Shown piece by piece: positions 43,420 through 52,796 of a stretch of DNA of 64,000 nucleotides; the first letter of the stretch is position 1, and each line of letters starts with the position of its first letter. The DNA comes from a virus: positions 1 through 64,000 of IMG/VR virus record IMGVR_UViG_3300049171_000092; one strand, 5' to 3'. Below the pieces are notes generated by a model. That model searched no databases. It was not told the DNA's origin and worked only from the letters and a program-made list of their open reading frames with translations. The position numbers and the translations under genes were made by a program.

Positions 43420-43502
43420 TCATTGGTGAGTTTATCGATCCGGGGTCGCCGTGAAGGTGGCCCCGGTGCCGCGCCCGGCGGACGACCGGGCGCGGCGTCG
43501 AG

Positions 43503-46500
43503 TCAGCCGTTCGCCGACGACGGCGGCAGGAAGCAGGGGGCGACGCGCCAGCCGTCCGGCGGGGCGTCCTGGCGCTGCCCGTCCTCGTCGAGGTAGTAGA
43601 TCGAGTCGTCGCAGCACACCATCCGCGTCCACGACCGCGTCTCCGGGATCACCTGGTAGAAGACCTTCAGGTGCACCATGAGGCCGGCGCCGCCGCCCAC
43701 GGTCTCCTCGACGTCGAGGTAGAGCGCGTTACGGCCGGCCTTGGCGCCGGGGATGGCGTCCGGCCCGAAGGTGTAAGTCGTGCCGTTGTGCGTGGCCGAC
43801 GCCGGGAGGGTTTGCCAGGCGCCGTCGTTGAGCCTGAAGGCCCTTCCGGCCTGGTCCGCGTTGAAAACCGTCGCCTGCACCCGAATGCTGCTGGGATCAG
43901 CGTTGTCCGGCAGATCGAAGAACGCCCGCGGGTACCAGTGGACGTTGAGCAACGACGGGCCCTCGTTGGGCCGTGGCGGGCTCGACTGCGCCGACCGGCC
44001 ATCCGGGTGCGGGCTCACCCACCACGCCGGCCGCGCCGTGTCGGAGTCCCGCACCGTCCAGTCAGCGGAGAACTGGAACTGGTACATGTCGTACCAGACG
44101 GGGCTCGCGGCGTTGAGGTCCGTGGTCCACTTCCACACCGGGTCGACAGTGTTGTCGTTGCGATGCGCTTCGTTGGAGATGAACTCGCGGGTCTGCGTCG
44201 GGATCTGCTGGATGCACACCTGCACGGGCTGGCAGCAGTTGTCGCCGCACGTGAGCGTCGCCCGAGCAGGGATCGCCGAGCCGGTGACCGCGTCGACGAC
44301 CTTGATGCGGCCCTGGCAGTCGGCGAGCTTGACGGCCGGCCACGGCACGGTGTCGACGACGACGCCGCAGAACCGCTCGAAGTGCGGCGCGGGCGGGTCG
44401 CCGAAACCGGTGGTCGTCAGCGTCAGGCGCACCGGCTTGGAGAACTCGATCCGGTACCGGTCGCCGTTGTCGACGTTGAGCTTCGTCGGGTCGTCGTTGC
44501 GCGCGACGCCGTTACCGGCGAGCGCCCGCAGCGTCACCACCACGCCGTTGAACGTCGCCGTGCCGACGTAGCCGGCGGGCGACTGCGTCGGGTGGATCGG
44601 GATGGCCGGGTTGAACGCGGCCCAGTTGATGTCTCCGCCGAGGTCGCCGCTGGTGAACCCGAACGCCGAGATGGCGCCCGTGCTCGACTCGTAGGTGCCT
44701 TCCCAGGCGGTGACCCTGTCGCCGTAGCCGTAGCGGGGGTTCGTCGCCGTAGCGAGCATGCAGTCCGGGTAGGAGGCGCTGTTCAGGTCGAACCCGACCG
44801 CACCGTCTGGCATGGAGTAGGTGCACTCTTCCACTACCGACAGGTCGCACGGCGGCTCCTGCTGGCACTGGCCGACGTCGCCGACCGGCACGTATGGGGT
44901 GACGCCGTCCATCAGCGTGTCCGTGACGCTGGTGACCTGCCCGTCGCAGTCCCGGCAGATCCGGCGCAGGAACTGCCCGCCCGGAGCCACGCTGAAAGCG
45001 CCGACGTAGTACGTGAAGAACGTCGTGCACGCCGCGATCCTGCTGCCCTGGCCGGGCTGGGTCGTGAGGCTCGTGACCGGGCCCGGGGTGCGGAACCGGG
45101 CCATGTGCTCGGGCTGCGGGTCCGTCACGTAAGTGCAGCTGTCCGTGGTGCCGTCCCAGGTGCGGGTGAGCACACCCGTCGCCGGGTCGTAGGTGTAGTT
45201 CTCCGGCAGGCTCAGGACCTCCAGCCCGACGGGGAGCTGCGCCTGGTTGCTCGGCGGGTTCGTCGGGCTGCCGATCAGATAGACGGAGAACTCCACGACG
45301 GACGGCAGCGAGAACGTCCACCGTGTCGGCGCATCAGCCAGGTTGGGGAACGAGTGCAGCCCCCAGAACGCGATGCCGTCGCTGTTGGCGATGCGCGCGG
45401 GCATCGCCGTTCCCGTGCTGAGCGGGCCGGGGTTGCGTGCAGTGTAGGCGACACCGTTCGCCAGGGTGCCTTGCGCGGCGGTGCCCGTGATGGTGGCAGG
45501 GCTGCCCGAGTCGCACAGGATCAGCGTCTCGCAGTCCGCGCAGGGCGAGGAGGTGGAGGGCGGCTCGGGGCAGGTGCCCGCCTCGCCCTGCACCTCGTAC
45601 AGGGTGACGCCGTCGAGGGTGGTGTCCGCCGTCGTCACGCCGCCGGCGTCCCGGCACAGAGTGCGTAGGAACGGGACCGCGACGTCGGCCGCCACGGTGA
45701 TCTGCCCGTACTGGCTGGTCTGCCCGGCCGTCTGCGCGCCGGTGAGAACGGGCGCGAACATGGTCTGCGCGGTCAGGGCGTCGGTCTTGAAGACGGACTC
45801 CCCGACCTGCGTGGCGGAAGCGGTCGGGGAGATCGTCCGCGTGGCCGCGTTCCAGGTGTGCTGCACGGTGTTGATGCTGTCGAGGTACCAGCCCGCGGGG
45901 ATCCGCAGCGGCGTGGCGGTGGGCCCGGAGAACCTGACGGTGTAGCGGATGGACACCGGCCGGTCGAAGTCGAACCGCTCGGGCGCGTTGTCGGCGGCGA
46001 GGTACCAGCCGTCTCCGGAGGCCATGTCCAGGCCGCGCTTCATCCAGCGCACGCCGTTGGCGGCGAGGGTTTGCCACTGCTCGTCCGGTGTGCCGAACGA
46101 CGGGAGGACGGCCGGCACCTGGTGCTGGACGTCGCAGAGCTGGACGATCTCGCAGTCCGTACCGGGCGGGGTTTCGCAGGCGCCCGTGGTGCCGAGCACC
46201 TGGTAGGCGGTGGTCCCGTCGAGGGTGGTGTCCGTGACGGTCGTCTCGCCGGTGGCACAGTCGCGGCACAGGGTCCGCAGGAACGGCACCGGGCCGGGGT
46301 TGAGGACGAACCCGCCGACACGGGTGGCACCGACCTGGCCGCAGATCGGCACTGCCTGCGGGGTGGTGATGACCATCGACGAGACCGGTGCCGCGGTGAG
46401 GAACGTCGCGGACGTGGCGACCGCCGGCGTGCGCAGCGACGGGCAGTCGTCGCTGGTGCTGCTCAGGGTTCGGGTGGCCGCGTCGTAGCTGTACCCCTCC

Positions 46501-47267
46501 GGCAGGTGCAGCGGGATGACGTCGGTCGAGAACGTCACCGATCCGGGCCCGACCTGCACCACACTGAACTGGACGGTGGAGGGCTGCCCGAATTCCCACG
46601 TCTGCGGTCCGGCGCTGTCGCGCGGGTAGGTCTGGATGCCGTACCAGTAGCCGGTTCCGTCGGCCGAGGCGACGTTGGCCTCCAGCTCCATCGGGCCGTT
46701 GTTACCGTCCCCGGTCACGGACCAGGAGACCCCGCTGGATGCGGTCCCCGATCCCGCGTTCTCCGCCGGGGCGATGACCCCCTGGGGGCCGGTAGTGGCG
46801 GACAGGACGTCGCAGAGTTGCAACGTCTCGCAGCCGGCGCACTGCGGCGGGGTGCAGACGCCGACGGTGCCCGTGACGGTGTACGGGGTGCCGTCGAGGG
46901 TGAGGTCGGTGTGCCCGTCCGGCTCGCCGGTCGCGCAGTCGTAGGAGTAGCGGCGCAGAAACCGGACGGGCTCGCCGCCACCGGCCGGGGCGTCGCACAG
47001 CAGCTCCGTGTGGCTGTCGCAGCCGCCCTCGGTGGGGCACTGCGTCAGCTCACCCTGCACCGTGTACGCCTCGCCCGTGACGGGGTCGACGGTGCGCGTC
47101 GCGACGCGCTGGCCCGTGGAGGCGTCGTAGACCGGCTCGACGGCCACCAGGGCGGCGACGGTGCCGTCTGGCAGCACGTCGCACATGACGAGCGTTTCGA
47201 CGTCGAGCCGCTGCGAGGCGGCGGGGTTGTTGAAAACGACGGGCTGGCCGCAGCCGCATCCGCTCAC
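43503..47267 (-). CDS. Giant Cys-rich repeat protein (1254 aa), probable adhesin/receptor-binding virion protein
   Basis: GTG 47265-47267 in a GTGA overlap. N-terminus VSGCGCG. Four FLR...LDG.PY...G..G.C modules alternate with three ~200-aa divergent repeats. Confidence 0.75.
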   Translation of the reverse strand: MSGCGCGQPVVFNNPAASQRLDVETLVMCDVLPDGTVAALVAVEPVYDASTGQRVATRTVDPVTGEAYTVQGELTQCPTEGGCDSHTELLCDAPAGGGEPVRFLRRYSYDCATGEPDGHTDLTLDGTPYTVTGTVGVCTPPQCAGCETLQLCDVLSATTGPQGVIAPAENAGSGTASSGVSWSVTGDGNNGPMELEANVASADGTGYWYGIQTYPRDSAGPQTWEFGQPSTVQFSVVQVGPGSVTFSTDVIPLHLPEGYSYDAATRTLSSTSDDCPSLRTPAVATSATFLTAAPVSSMVITTPQAVPICGQVGATRVGGFVLNPGPVPFLRTLCRDCATGETTVTDTTLDGTTAYQVLGTTGACETPPGTDCEIVQLCDVQHQVPAVLPSFGTPDEQWQTLAANGVRWMKRGLDMASGDGWYLAADNAPERFDFDRPVSIRYTVRFSGPTATPLRIPAGWYLDSINTVQHTWNAATRTISPTASATQVGESVFKTDALTAQTMFAPVLTGAQTAGQTSQYGQITVAADVAVPFLRTLCRDAGGVTTADTTLDGVTLYEVQGEAGTCPEPPSTSSPCADCETLILCDSGSPATITGTAAQGTLANGVAYTARNPGPLSTGTAMPARIANSDGIAFWGLHSFPNLADAPTRWTFSLPSVVEFSVYLIGSPTNPPSNQAQLPVGLEVLSLPENYTYDPATGVLTRTWDGTTDSCTYVTDPQPEHMARFRTPGPVTSLTTQPGQGSRIAACTTFFTYYVGAFSVAPGGQFLRRICRDCDGQVTSVTDTLMDGVTPYVPVGDVGQCQQEPPCDLSVVEECTYSMPDGAVGFDLNSASYPDCMLATATNPRYGYGDRVTAWEGTYESSTGAISAFGFTSGDLGGDINWAAFNPAIPIHPTQSPAGYVGTATFNGVVVTLRALAGNGVARNDDPTKLNVDNGDRYRIEFSKPVRLTLTTTGFGDPPAPHFERFCGVVVDTVPWPAVKLADCQGRIKVVDAVTGSAIPARATLTCGDNCCQPVQVCIQQIPTQTREFISNEAHRNDNTVDPVWKWTTDLNAASPVWYDMYQFQFSADWTVRDSDTARPAWWVSPHPDGRSAQSSPPRPNEGPSLLNVHWYPRAFFDLPDNADPSSIRVQATVFNADQAGRAFRLNDGAWQTLPASATHNGTTYTFGPDAIPGAKAGRNALYLDVEETVGGGAGLMVHLKVFYQVIPETRSWTRMVCCDDSIYYLDEDGQRQDAPPDGWRVAPCFLPPSSANG

Positions 47268-49813
47268 GTCGTGACTCCTGTCGTGAAGTTGATCGTTACC
47301 GTTCCGGTCTGGGCTGCGATCCGCAGCGGACCGACGAGCCTGGCGTCGATGTCTTTGCTGATCGCCCACCGGGCTGTCTCGCCGTCGTGCAGGGTCGAGG
47401 TGCCGTCGGCGGTGGTCACCTGGCCCGTGCCGGTGCGCGCGGTCGCCTCGACGGTGCGCAGCAGCGGCCAGGCGTCGGCGTCCCACGTCTCGCCGGGGTC
47501 GAGCTGCACGCGCCGCGCCTGCACCACGACGGCGGGTTCGGCGTCGCCGGTGTTCGTGTCGGCGTCGCACGGGATCGGTGCGATCGGCGTGTAGGGGGCG
47601 GAGAGGTCGGGCGTGTACGTGCCGAGCGGTGTGAGCGTGCCGGAGGTGTCGGCGAGGAGCAGCTCGGCGTAGCACGTATCGGCGGTGCCGTCGCCGTCGG
47701 TGTCGTCGCAGCGTTCGGCGCGGATGATGCTCGAGCCGGCCGGCGTGCTGCTCGCCGGACAGAGGCCGACGGTGCCGGCGGGCGTGTACGGGGTGACGCC
47801 GTCGAGAGCGAGATCCGTGACGTCGAGGACGGCGCCGGTGCAGGTGAACGCGACGCGGCGTAGGAACGGCGTCACCGTGCCGTCTATGGCCGTGTCGCAG
47901 AGCGTCATGACGGCCGTGTCGCAGGGCTCGGCCGGTGGTGCGTCACCGTCGGCGTCGCAGTCGACGGGCGAGACTGGCGCGTAGGCCGCGGACAGGTCGG
48001 GCAGGTAGTCGCCGAGTGGGCTGATCAAGCCGTCGCAGTCGACGGCGAGGAGCGCGACGTAGTCCGTATCGGCGACGCCGTCGCCGTCGGTGTCGTCGCA
48101 GCGGCAGACGCGGAGCACGTTCGTCGTCGTGCACGGCTGGGGCGGGACGGGTGGGGATCCGGTGCCGCTGCCGGGTACGCACTGCCGGACGTCGCCGCCG
48201 ACGGTGTACGGGGCGCCGTCGAGCGTCGTGTCCGTGATCTCGGTGACCTGGCCGGTCTCGCAGTCGGTGACGATCGTCCGTAGGAACTGGACGGCGCAGC
48301 CGTCGAGGGTGGCGCCGATGTCGACTTGATCGACGGTCCATGCCTTCGGCCCGAGGTGGTGCGTCTCGAGGATGAGGATGACGTACAGGTCGCCGGAGGT
48401 GAGATCGGCGGCCGTGATCGGGGCGATCGCGTTCAGTGTCTGCTGGTAGCCGACGGGCGGATTCGAGAGGACGCCTTCGCCGAGGAGTCCGGTCGTGCCC
48501 CGGTAGATGCCCATGCGGCCGACGTAGGCGATGCCGTCCGTCGGCCCGTTCAGGGTGACCCGCATGGAGACGGAGAGGCTGCCTTCGCCGCCCTCGCAGG
48601 GCTGGCCGGTGATCCGGCCGACAGCGACGCGGTAGACCTGCGAGCCGTCGCCGGCGGAGGCGTCGGCGTCTGCGGGGAACGTGAACGGTCCGCCTGCCCA
48701 CAGGTCGGCGAACGAGCCGGGCAGCGTCGCGAACGGGGTGGTGAGGCCGACGTCTTGGATCGTCGCGTCGCTGATCGTCAGCGGTATAGGAGTCGCCGTG
48801 AGCGTGGTGTCGCACAGGACAACGGCTGTCGTGTCGCGGCACGGCTGCGCGTCGCATGAGGTGATCGTGCCGGTCGGCACGTAGGCGGCGCCGTCGAGCG
48901 TGTAGTCCGAGTGCCCGACGATCGCACCCGTTTCGTTGCGCCGGTAGTCGCGCAGGAACGGCGTCACGGTGCCGTCGGCGGCGACTTCACACAAGACCGC
49001 GAGGTCCTGCTCGGGCTGGTCTATGCCGGTGGGGCAGGTCGTGATCTCGCCCTGCGGCGTGTACGGCTGGCCGGTGGTGGCGTCGACGAGCTGAACGCCG
49101 CCGACGCTGCCGTCGGGGTTGTAGGTGTACTGCACGAGGACAAGGCCGAGGACGTCGCCGGTCGCCGGGTCCGTGTCGCAGAACGTGCCGGTGGTCGAGA
49201 TGTTCCGCGGCGTACCGCAGGCGGTGACTCCGGTGGGGGGCTGCCCGGCGGAGTAGGCGCCCGTCGCAAGGTTGAGCCAGCCTTCCTGCCGGATCACGCC
49301 GTCGCAGTCGCGGGTGACGAGGACGGCGATGGGTGTGCCGTCGGCGAGGCACAGGCCGAGCGTCGCCAGGGGTGCGCGCTGCTCGAGGCAGTCGGAGCCG
49401 CCGTCGCAGGATCGTACTTGGCCGATGACGACGTGCGGGGTCTCGCCGTCGATCTCGACGTCGACGTAGGCGGCGGTGCCGTTGGAGAGGAAGGTGAACT
49501 TCCGCAGGAACGGGCGGCCGGAGTCGTCGCAGAGCATCTCGGTGTGGCACTGCATGGTGCCGTGCTCGCAGTCGACCGGCGAGATGGGCGTGTACGGCTC
49601 CGAGGGGTCGCCCTGGTAGGTGAGGACGAGCTGGCTGGTGCCGTCCTGCTCGATGCACCAGAGTTCGCTGTAGGTGGTGTCGGGCAGGCCGTCACCGGTC
49701 GTGTCGTCGCAGCGCAGGACGCAGGTGGTGGTGACGCACGTGGGGGGGCATTCGCATTCGCCTCCGCCGCCTCCCCCGGCGCCGCAGGTGCAGCCGCTGT
49801 AGGAGATGGCCAT
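47264..49813 (-). CDS. Giant Cys-rich repeat protein (849 aa) with DxDxDG-type loops
   Basis: N-terminus MAISYSGCTCGAGGGGGGECEC. Three RCDDT(D/T)GDG.(A/P)DT repeats. Four FLR...LDG.PY modules. Confidence 0.75.
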   Translation of the reverse strand: MAISYSGCTCGAGGGGGGECECPPTCVTTTCVLRCDDTTGDGLPDTTYSELWCIEQDGTSQLVLTYQGDPSEPYTPISPVDCEHGTMQCHTEMLCDDSGRPFLRKFTFLSNGTAAYVDVEIDGETPHVVIGQVRSCDGGSDCLEQRAPLATLGLCLADGTPIAVLVTRDCDGVIRQEGWLNLATGAYSAGQPPTGVTACGTPRNISTTGTFCDTDPATGDVLGLVLVQYTYNPDGSVGGVQLVDATTGQPYTPQGEITTCPTGIDQPEQDLAVLCEVAADGTVTPFLRDYRRNETGAIVGHSDYTLDGAAYVPTGTITSCDAQPCRDTTAVVLCDTTLTATPIPLTISDATIQDVGLTTPFATLPGSFADLWAGGPFTFPADADASAGDGSQVYRVAVGRITGQPCEGGEGSLSVSMRVTLNGPTDGIAYVGRMGIYRGTTGLLGEGVLSNPPVGYQQTLNAIAPITAADLTSGDLYVILILETHHLGPKAWTVDQVDIGATLDGCAVQFLRTIVTDCETGQVTEITDTTLDGAPYTVGGDVRQCVPGSGTGSPPVPPQPCTTTNVLRVCRCDDTDGDGVADTDYVALLAVDCDGLISPLGDYLPDLSAAYAPVSPVDCDADGDAPPAEPCDTAVMTLCDTAIDGTVTPFLRRVAFTCTGAVLDVTDLALDGVTPYTPAGTVGLCPASSTPAGSSIIRAERCDDTDGDGTADTCYAELLLADTSGTLTPLGTYTPDLSAPYTPIAPIPCDADTNTGDAEPAVVVQARRVQLDPGETWDADAWPLLRTVEATARTGTGQVTTADGTSTLHDGETARWAISKDIDARLVGPLRIAAQTGTVTINFTTGVTT

Positions 49814-50205
49814 CAGCTATCCCCCTCGGGGTGGGCCTGGCGGCGGTGGGTGTTCCGGCCGCGTTCGGTCGCGAAGGTGCGCGGGCACCGATCGCAGGCG
49901 TAGGCGTCGTCGGCGTCGTCGCTGGGGGCGTCCTCCAGCGGCGCGAAGTCCGAACCCGGCCCGGTCTCGCTGAAGGCCTCGGGGGTGGCGACACCCAGGA
50001 GTTCCTGGTCAGCGTCCTCTTCGGGTGAGCGGTAGCGGTGGCCGTCGACGAGGGAGCCGATCAGCAGCTCTTCCGGCATGTGCGTGAACAGGTCCGGGGG
50101 GACGGCGAACTCGCTGTGGGAGCAGGTTTCTACCTGCGGGGTCTGGGCGGTCGCCCACCGGGCGAACGCTGCACGCCGCTCGGGCGCGGGCCGCACTTTG
50201 ATCAT
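49813..50205 (-). CDS. Acidic protein with a C-terminal classical C2H2 zinc finger
   Basis: YACDRCPRTFATERGRNTHRRQAH fits Y-x-C-x2-C-x3-F-x8-H-x4-H. ATG 50203-50205; GTG 50217 is the alternative. Confidence 0.6.
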   Translation of the reverse strand: MIKVRPAPERRAAFARWATAQTPQVETCSHSEFAVPPDLFTHMPEELLIGSLVDGHRYRSPEEDADQELLGVATPEAFSETGPGSDFAPLEDAPSDDADDAYACDRCPRTFATERGRNTHRRQAHPEGDS

Positions 50206-50207
50206 CG

Positions 50208-51044
50208 TCAGCAGCACGTCGAGATCCTCACTGCCGCCGCCTCACAGCACGCCACCTCGATCACGGAAGTGCGCTCGGCGAGGACGTACCGGTCATTCAG
50301 GCGGGTGTCGATGCTCCCGGCCTCGGTGGGCGGGATGATGTCGAGCGGTCCGCGCCGCACCCGCACGGGCCCGGTGATGTAGAGCCACGCTTCGCCGTCG
50401 GGTGCCTGCGTGCAGGTCGGCCCGCCGACGTTCGTGGCGTAGCCGGCGCCCATCACCACGCCGTTACCCATGAGCGTTTCGGGGCATTGGGTGTCGCGGG
50501 TGCGGGTGACGACGTTGCAGCAGCCCAGCAGCGCTGCCGCGCCGGCAGGGATGTGCAGGATGCCTTCGCCGCCGTAGTGCTCGGCCAGCCAGCCCTCCAG
50601 CGCGGCGATGCCCTGCGCGGCCGGCAACGCCCCCGACGCGGGGGTGAGGTCGTTGTCGGCGGCCATCGTGCACAGGGCGTTCATCATGAACCAGGATTCG
50701 AGGGCGCGCTGCTCGCCCATGCGGAGAGTTTCCGCAGCGTGCTCGACGGCCTCGTCGTAGGTCATGCCGAACGTGCTGCACGTGGACCCTGCGTATGTAG
50801 TCACCGGGTCGAACTCGCACACCCCGGGCCGGTCGAAGATCTTCGATGCCGGGTTGGGCACGGTGGGGGGCGGGCAGTCCCGCTCCCACGTGTGGGTCTC
50901 CGCGCACGACAGCGGCACGAACTGGGTGCCGTTCATCTCGTGCAGATCGGTGACGTCTACGACCTCTACGCACCCGCCGAGGAGGCCGTAGGGGCTCGGG
51001 TTGCCGCGGATGGGGGCTACGGTCTTGCGCATCCCTCCCGCCAT
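50208..51044 (-). CDS. Virion protein, possibly a second HK97-fold capsid-like protein
   Basis: ATG 51042-51044. ...EQRALESWF...GILHIPAGAAALL...LMGNGVVMGAGY...AWLYITGPVRVRRGP resembles the C-terminal half of HK97-type capsid proteins. Confidence 0.45.
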   Translation of the reverse strand: MAGGMRKTVAPIRGNPSPYGLLGGCVEVVDVTDLHEMNGTQFVPLSCAETHTWERDCPPPTVPNPASKIFDRPGVCEFDPVTTYAGSTCSTFGMTYDEAVEHAAETLRMGEQRALESWFMMNALCTMAADNDLTPASGALPAAQGIAALEGWLAEHYGGEGILHIPAGAAALLGCCNVVTRTRDTQCPETLMGNGVVMGAGYATNVGGPTCTQAPDGEAWLYITGPVRVRRGPLDIIPPTEAGSIDTRLNDRYVLAERTSVIEVACCEAAAVRISTCC

Positions 51045-51070
51045 CTGCCTCACGCCCTCTCGTGGTTCGG

Positions 51071-51106
51071 GCGCAGCCCCGGCCGGGCAGATGGCCGAGG
51101 CTGCGC
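51071..51106 (-). terminator. Hairpin after the major capsid gene
   Basis: GCGCAGCC(c)CGGCC ... GGCCG(a)GGCTGCGC. Confidence 0.55.
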
Positions 51107-51120
51107 GCAAAGGGGGTGGG

Positions 51121-52767
51121 TTAGGCGGTCGGGCAGGCGACGGCGGCGCGCGGGCCGACGGAGCCGTCGGCGCAGACCGGGATGGTGATGGCGCGGGCCT
51201 GCGGGCCGCGGTAGATGAGGGCGTTGCAGGACTCGAAGAACAGGGCGGTCATGTCGTTGGTGCGCAGCAGGGTGCTGTCGTGGACGACGCCGAGGTTGAT
51301 CTCGGGGCCGCGGCCCATCTGGAAGGCGCCGGCCGGGTAGAGCAGGGCCTGCACGGTGGCGGGCCAGGCGGTGGCGGGGGTGGTGTTGCCGATCTGGGTG
51401 GGGACGGCCGGGGGCAGGCCCTTGACCCACTGGACGCGGACGCCGAGGTCGGCGAAGGCCTGCTCGACGCAGTTCTGGTTGAGGTCGCAGACGTTGACGC
51501 CGTCACGGCGGGCGATGTCGGCGAGGAACATGTTGCGCGCCCAGTACGGCAGGACCAGCTCGAGGCCGATCCGCTCGCAGAGGTTGAACCGTTCGGTCAT
51601 GTCGGCGATCTGCAGGGCGAGCGCCCCGTACACCGCCGAGAAGGACGCGAAGCTGGTGGCGGTGGTGACGGGCGTGGCCCGGGTGAGGGCCTGCTGGTAC
51701 ATGGCGGCCTTGAGACGCATCTCGTAGGCAACCATGGCGCGGCGGATGTAGAAGGTGGTCAGTTCCGGGAAGAACCGCTGGGAGAGGATGCCGGCCTGGA
51801 TGCAGGCGCCGTAGGCGGTGCAGCGGACCTCGACCGGGTCCACACAGGGGATCTTGAAGCAGGGCTTGGTGGGGTCGCCGTCGACCGCGCTGATGTCGTC
51901 GGCTTCGGTCCAGACCCACGACATGGCGGTGACGTCCAGCTCGGGTGTCATGTAGTAGCGCAGCCCGCCCCGGGACAGGTTGAGCTCGGGCAGGTCCCAC
52001 AGGTTGTCCGGGCAGGAGATCTCGGTGAAGTCGTACACCGTCTCTGAGGGGGCGCACCAGCCGCCCGAGGCGACGAGGTCACCGCCCTTCAGGCGCCGCT
52101 GGTCGGCGGCCTTCAGGACCTTGGTGGTGCCCTCCTCTGGGGAGCCGGCGTCGTTGATGACGAGGTCCTGCGGGAAGGGCAGCTGGTACGAGGCGGCGAT
52201 GGCCTTGCCGCCGTTGGTGACGAGCTGCGCGACCTTGGTGACGGACTCGGTCAGCCCGTCCATGTCCAGCGGTGCGCCGAGGCTGGCGCCGGGGACCTCG
52301 GCGGAGGCGACGATCGTGACGGCCGGGGTGCCGGACTGCGGCATCGGCTGCCGCGGCTGCCGCTCCCGCACGGTGGCGAGGCTGATGATCGGGCGCCGCA
52401 CGACGGCGGACGACGCGGCGACCTCCTCGACGACCGGCTCCTCCTCGGCGGCGGGCTCGGCCGGCTCGTCCGTCTCGGCGGCCGGGTGGTCGTCGGTGTC
52501 GGTGGCGGCTTCCTCGCCGAGGACCTGGGCGGCGAGTTCGTCGAGTTCAGCGACGGCAGCCTGCGCGGCTTCGACGCGCTGGGTCTGCTCGGCGCGCAGC
52601 GCCTCGATTCCGGTGGCCAGCTCCCGCAGGACGGGCAGGTCTTCGGTGGTGAGGTTGGGGTCCTGACGCCGGGCGTTGAACGCCTCGACGGCGGCGGCGA
52701 GGGTGGCGTCGAGGTCCTCGCTGCTGAGGCTGGTGACGTCGTCGGGAAGCTGGAAGGGCTCGGACAT
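51121..52767 (-). CDS. Major capsid protein with N-terminal scaffold-like (coiled-coil/acidic) domain
   Basis: 548 aa. Coiled-coil plus acidic linker, then ASGGWCAPSETVYDF and an HK97-like C-terminal region. AGGAG SD. Flanked by the 21-nt motif and a hairpin. Confidence 0.78.
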   Translation of the reverse strand: MSEPFQLPDDVTSLSSEDLDATLAAAVEAFNARRQDPNLTTEDLPVLRELATGIEALRAEQTQRVEAAQAAVAELDELAAQVLGEEAATDTDDHPAAETDEPAEPAAEEEPVVEEVAASSAVVRRPIISLATVRERQPRQPMPQSGTPAVTIVASAEVPGASLGAPLDMDGLTESVTKVAQLVTNGGKAIAASYQLPFPQDLVINDAGSPEEGTTKVLKAADQRRLKGGDLVASGGWCAPSETVYDFTEISCPDNLWDLPELNLSRGGLRYYMTPELDVTAMSWVWTEADDISAVDGDPTKPCFKIPCVDPVEVRCTAYGACIQAGILSQRFFPELTTFYIRRAMVAYEMRLKAAMYQQALTRATPVTTATSFASFSAVYGALALQIADMTERFNLCERIGLELVLPYWARNMFLADIARRDGVNVCDLNQNCVEQAFADLGVRVQWVKGLPPAVPTQIGNTTPATAWPATVQALLYPAGAFQMGRGPEINLGVVHDSTLLRTNDMTALFFESCNALIYRGPQARAITIPVCADGSVGPRAAVACPTA

Positions 52768-52796
52768 TGCCGTTGACTCCTGGTGTGATCACAGGA

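Noticed and set aside
41823-49903. Several long plus-strand ORFs (41823..43454, 43671..45668, 45858..47594, 48911..49903)
   Set aside because: Same reasoning. These are low-complexity antisense shadows of the giant minus-strand genes, with GC3 lower than the opposite frame.
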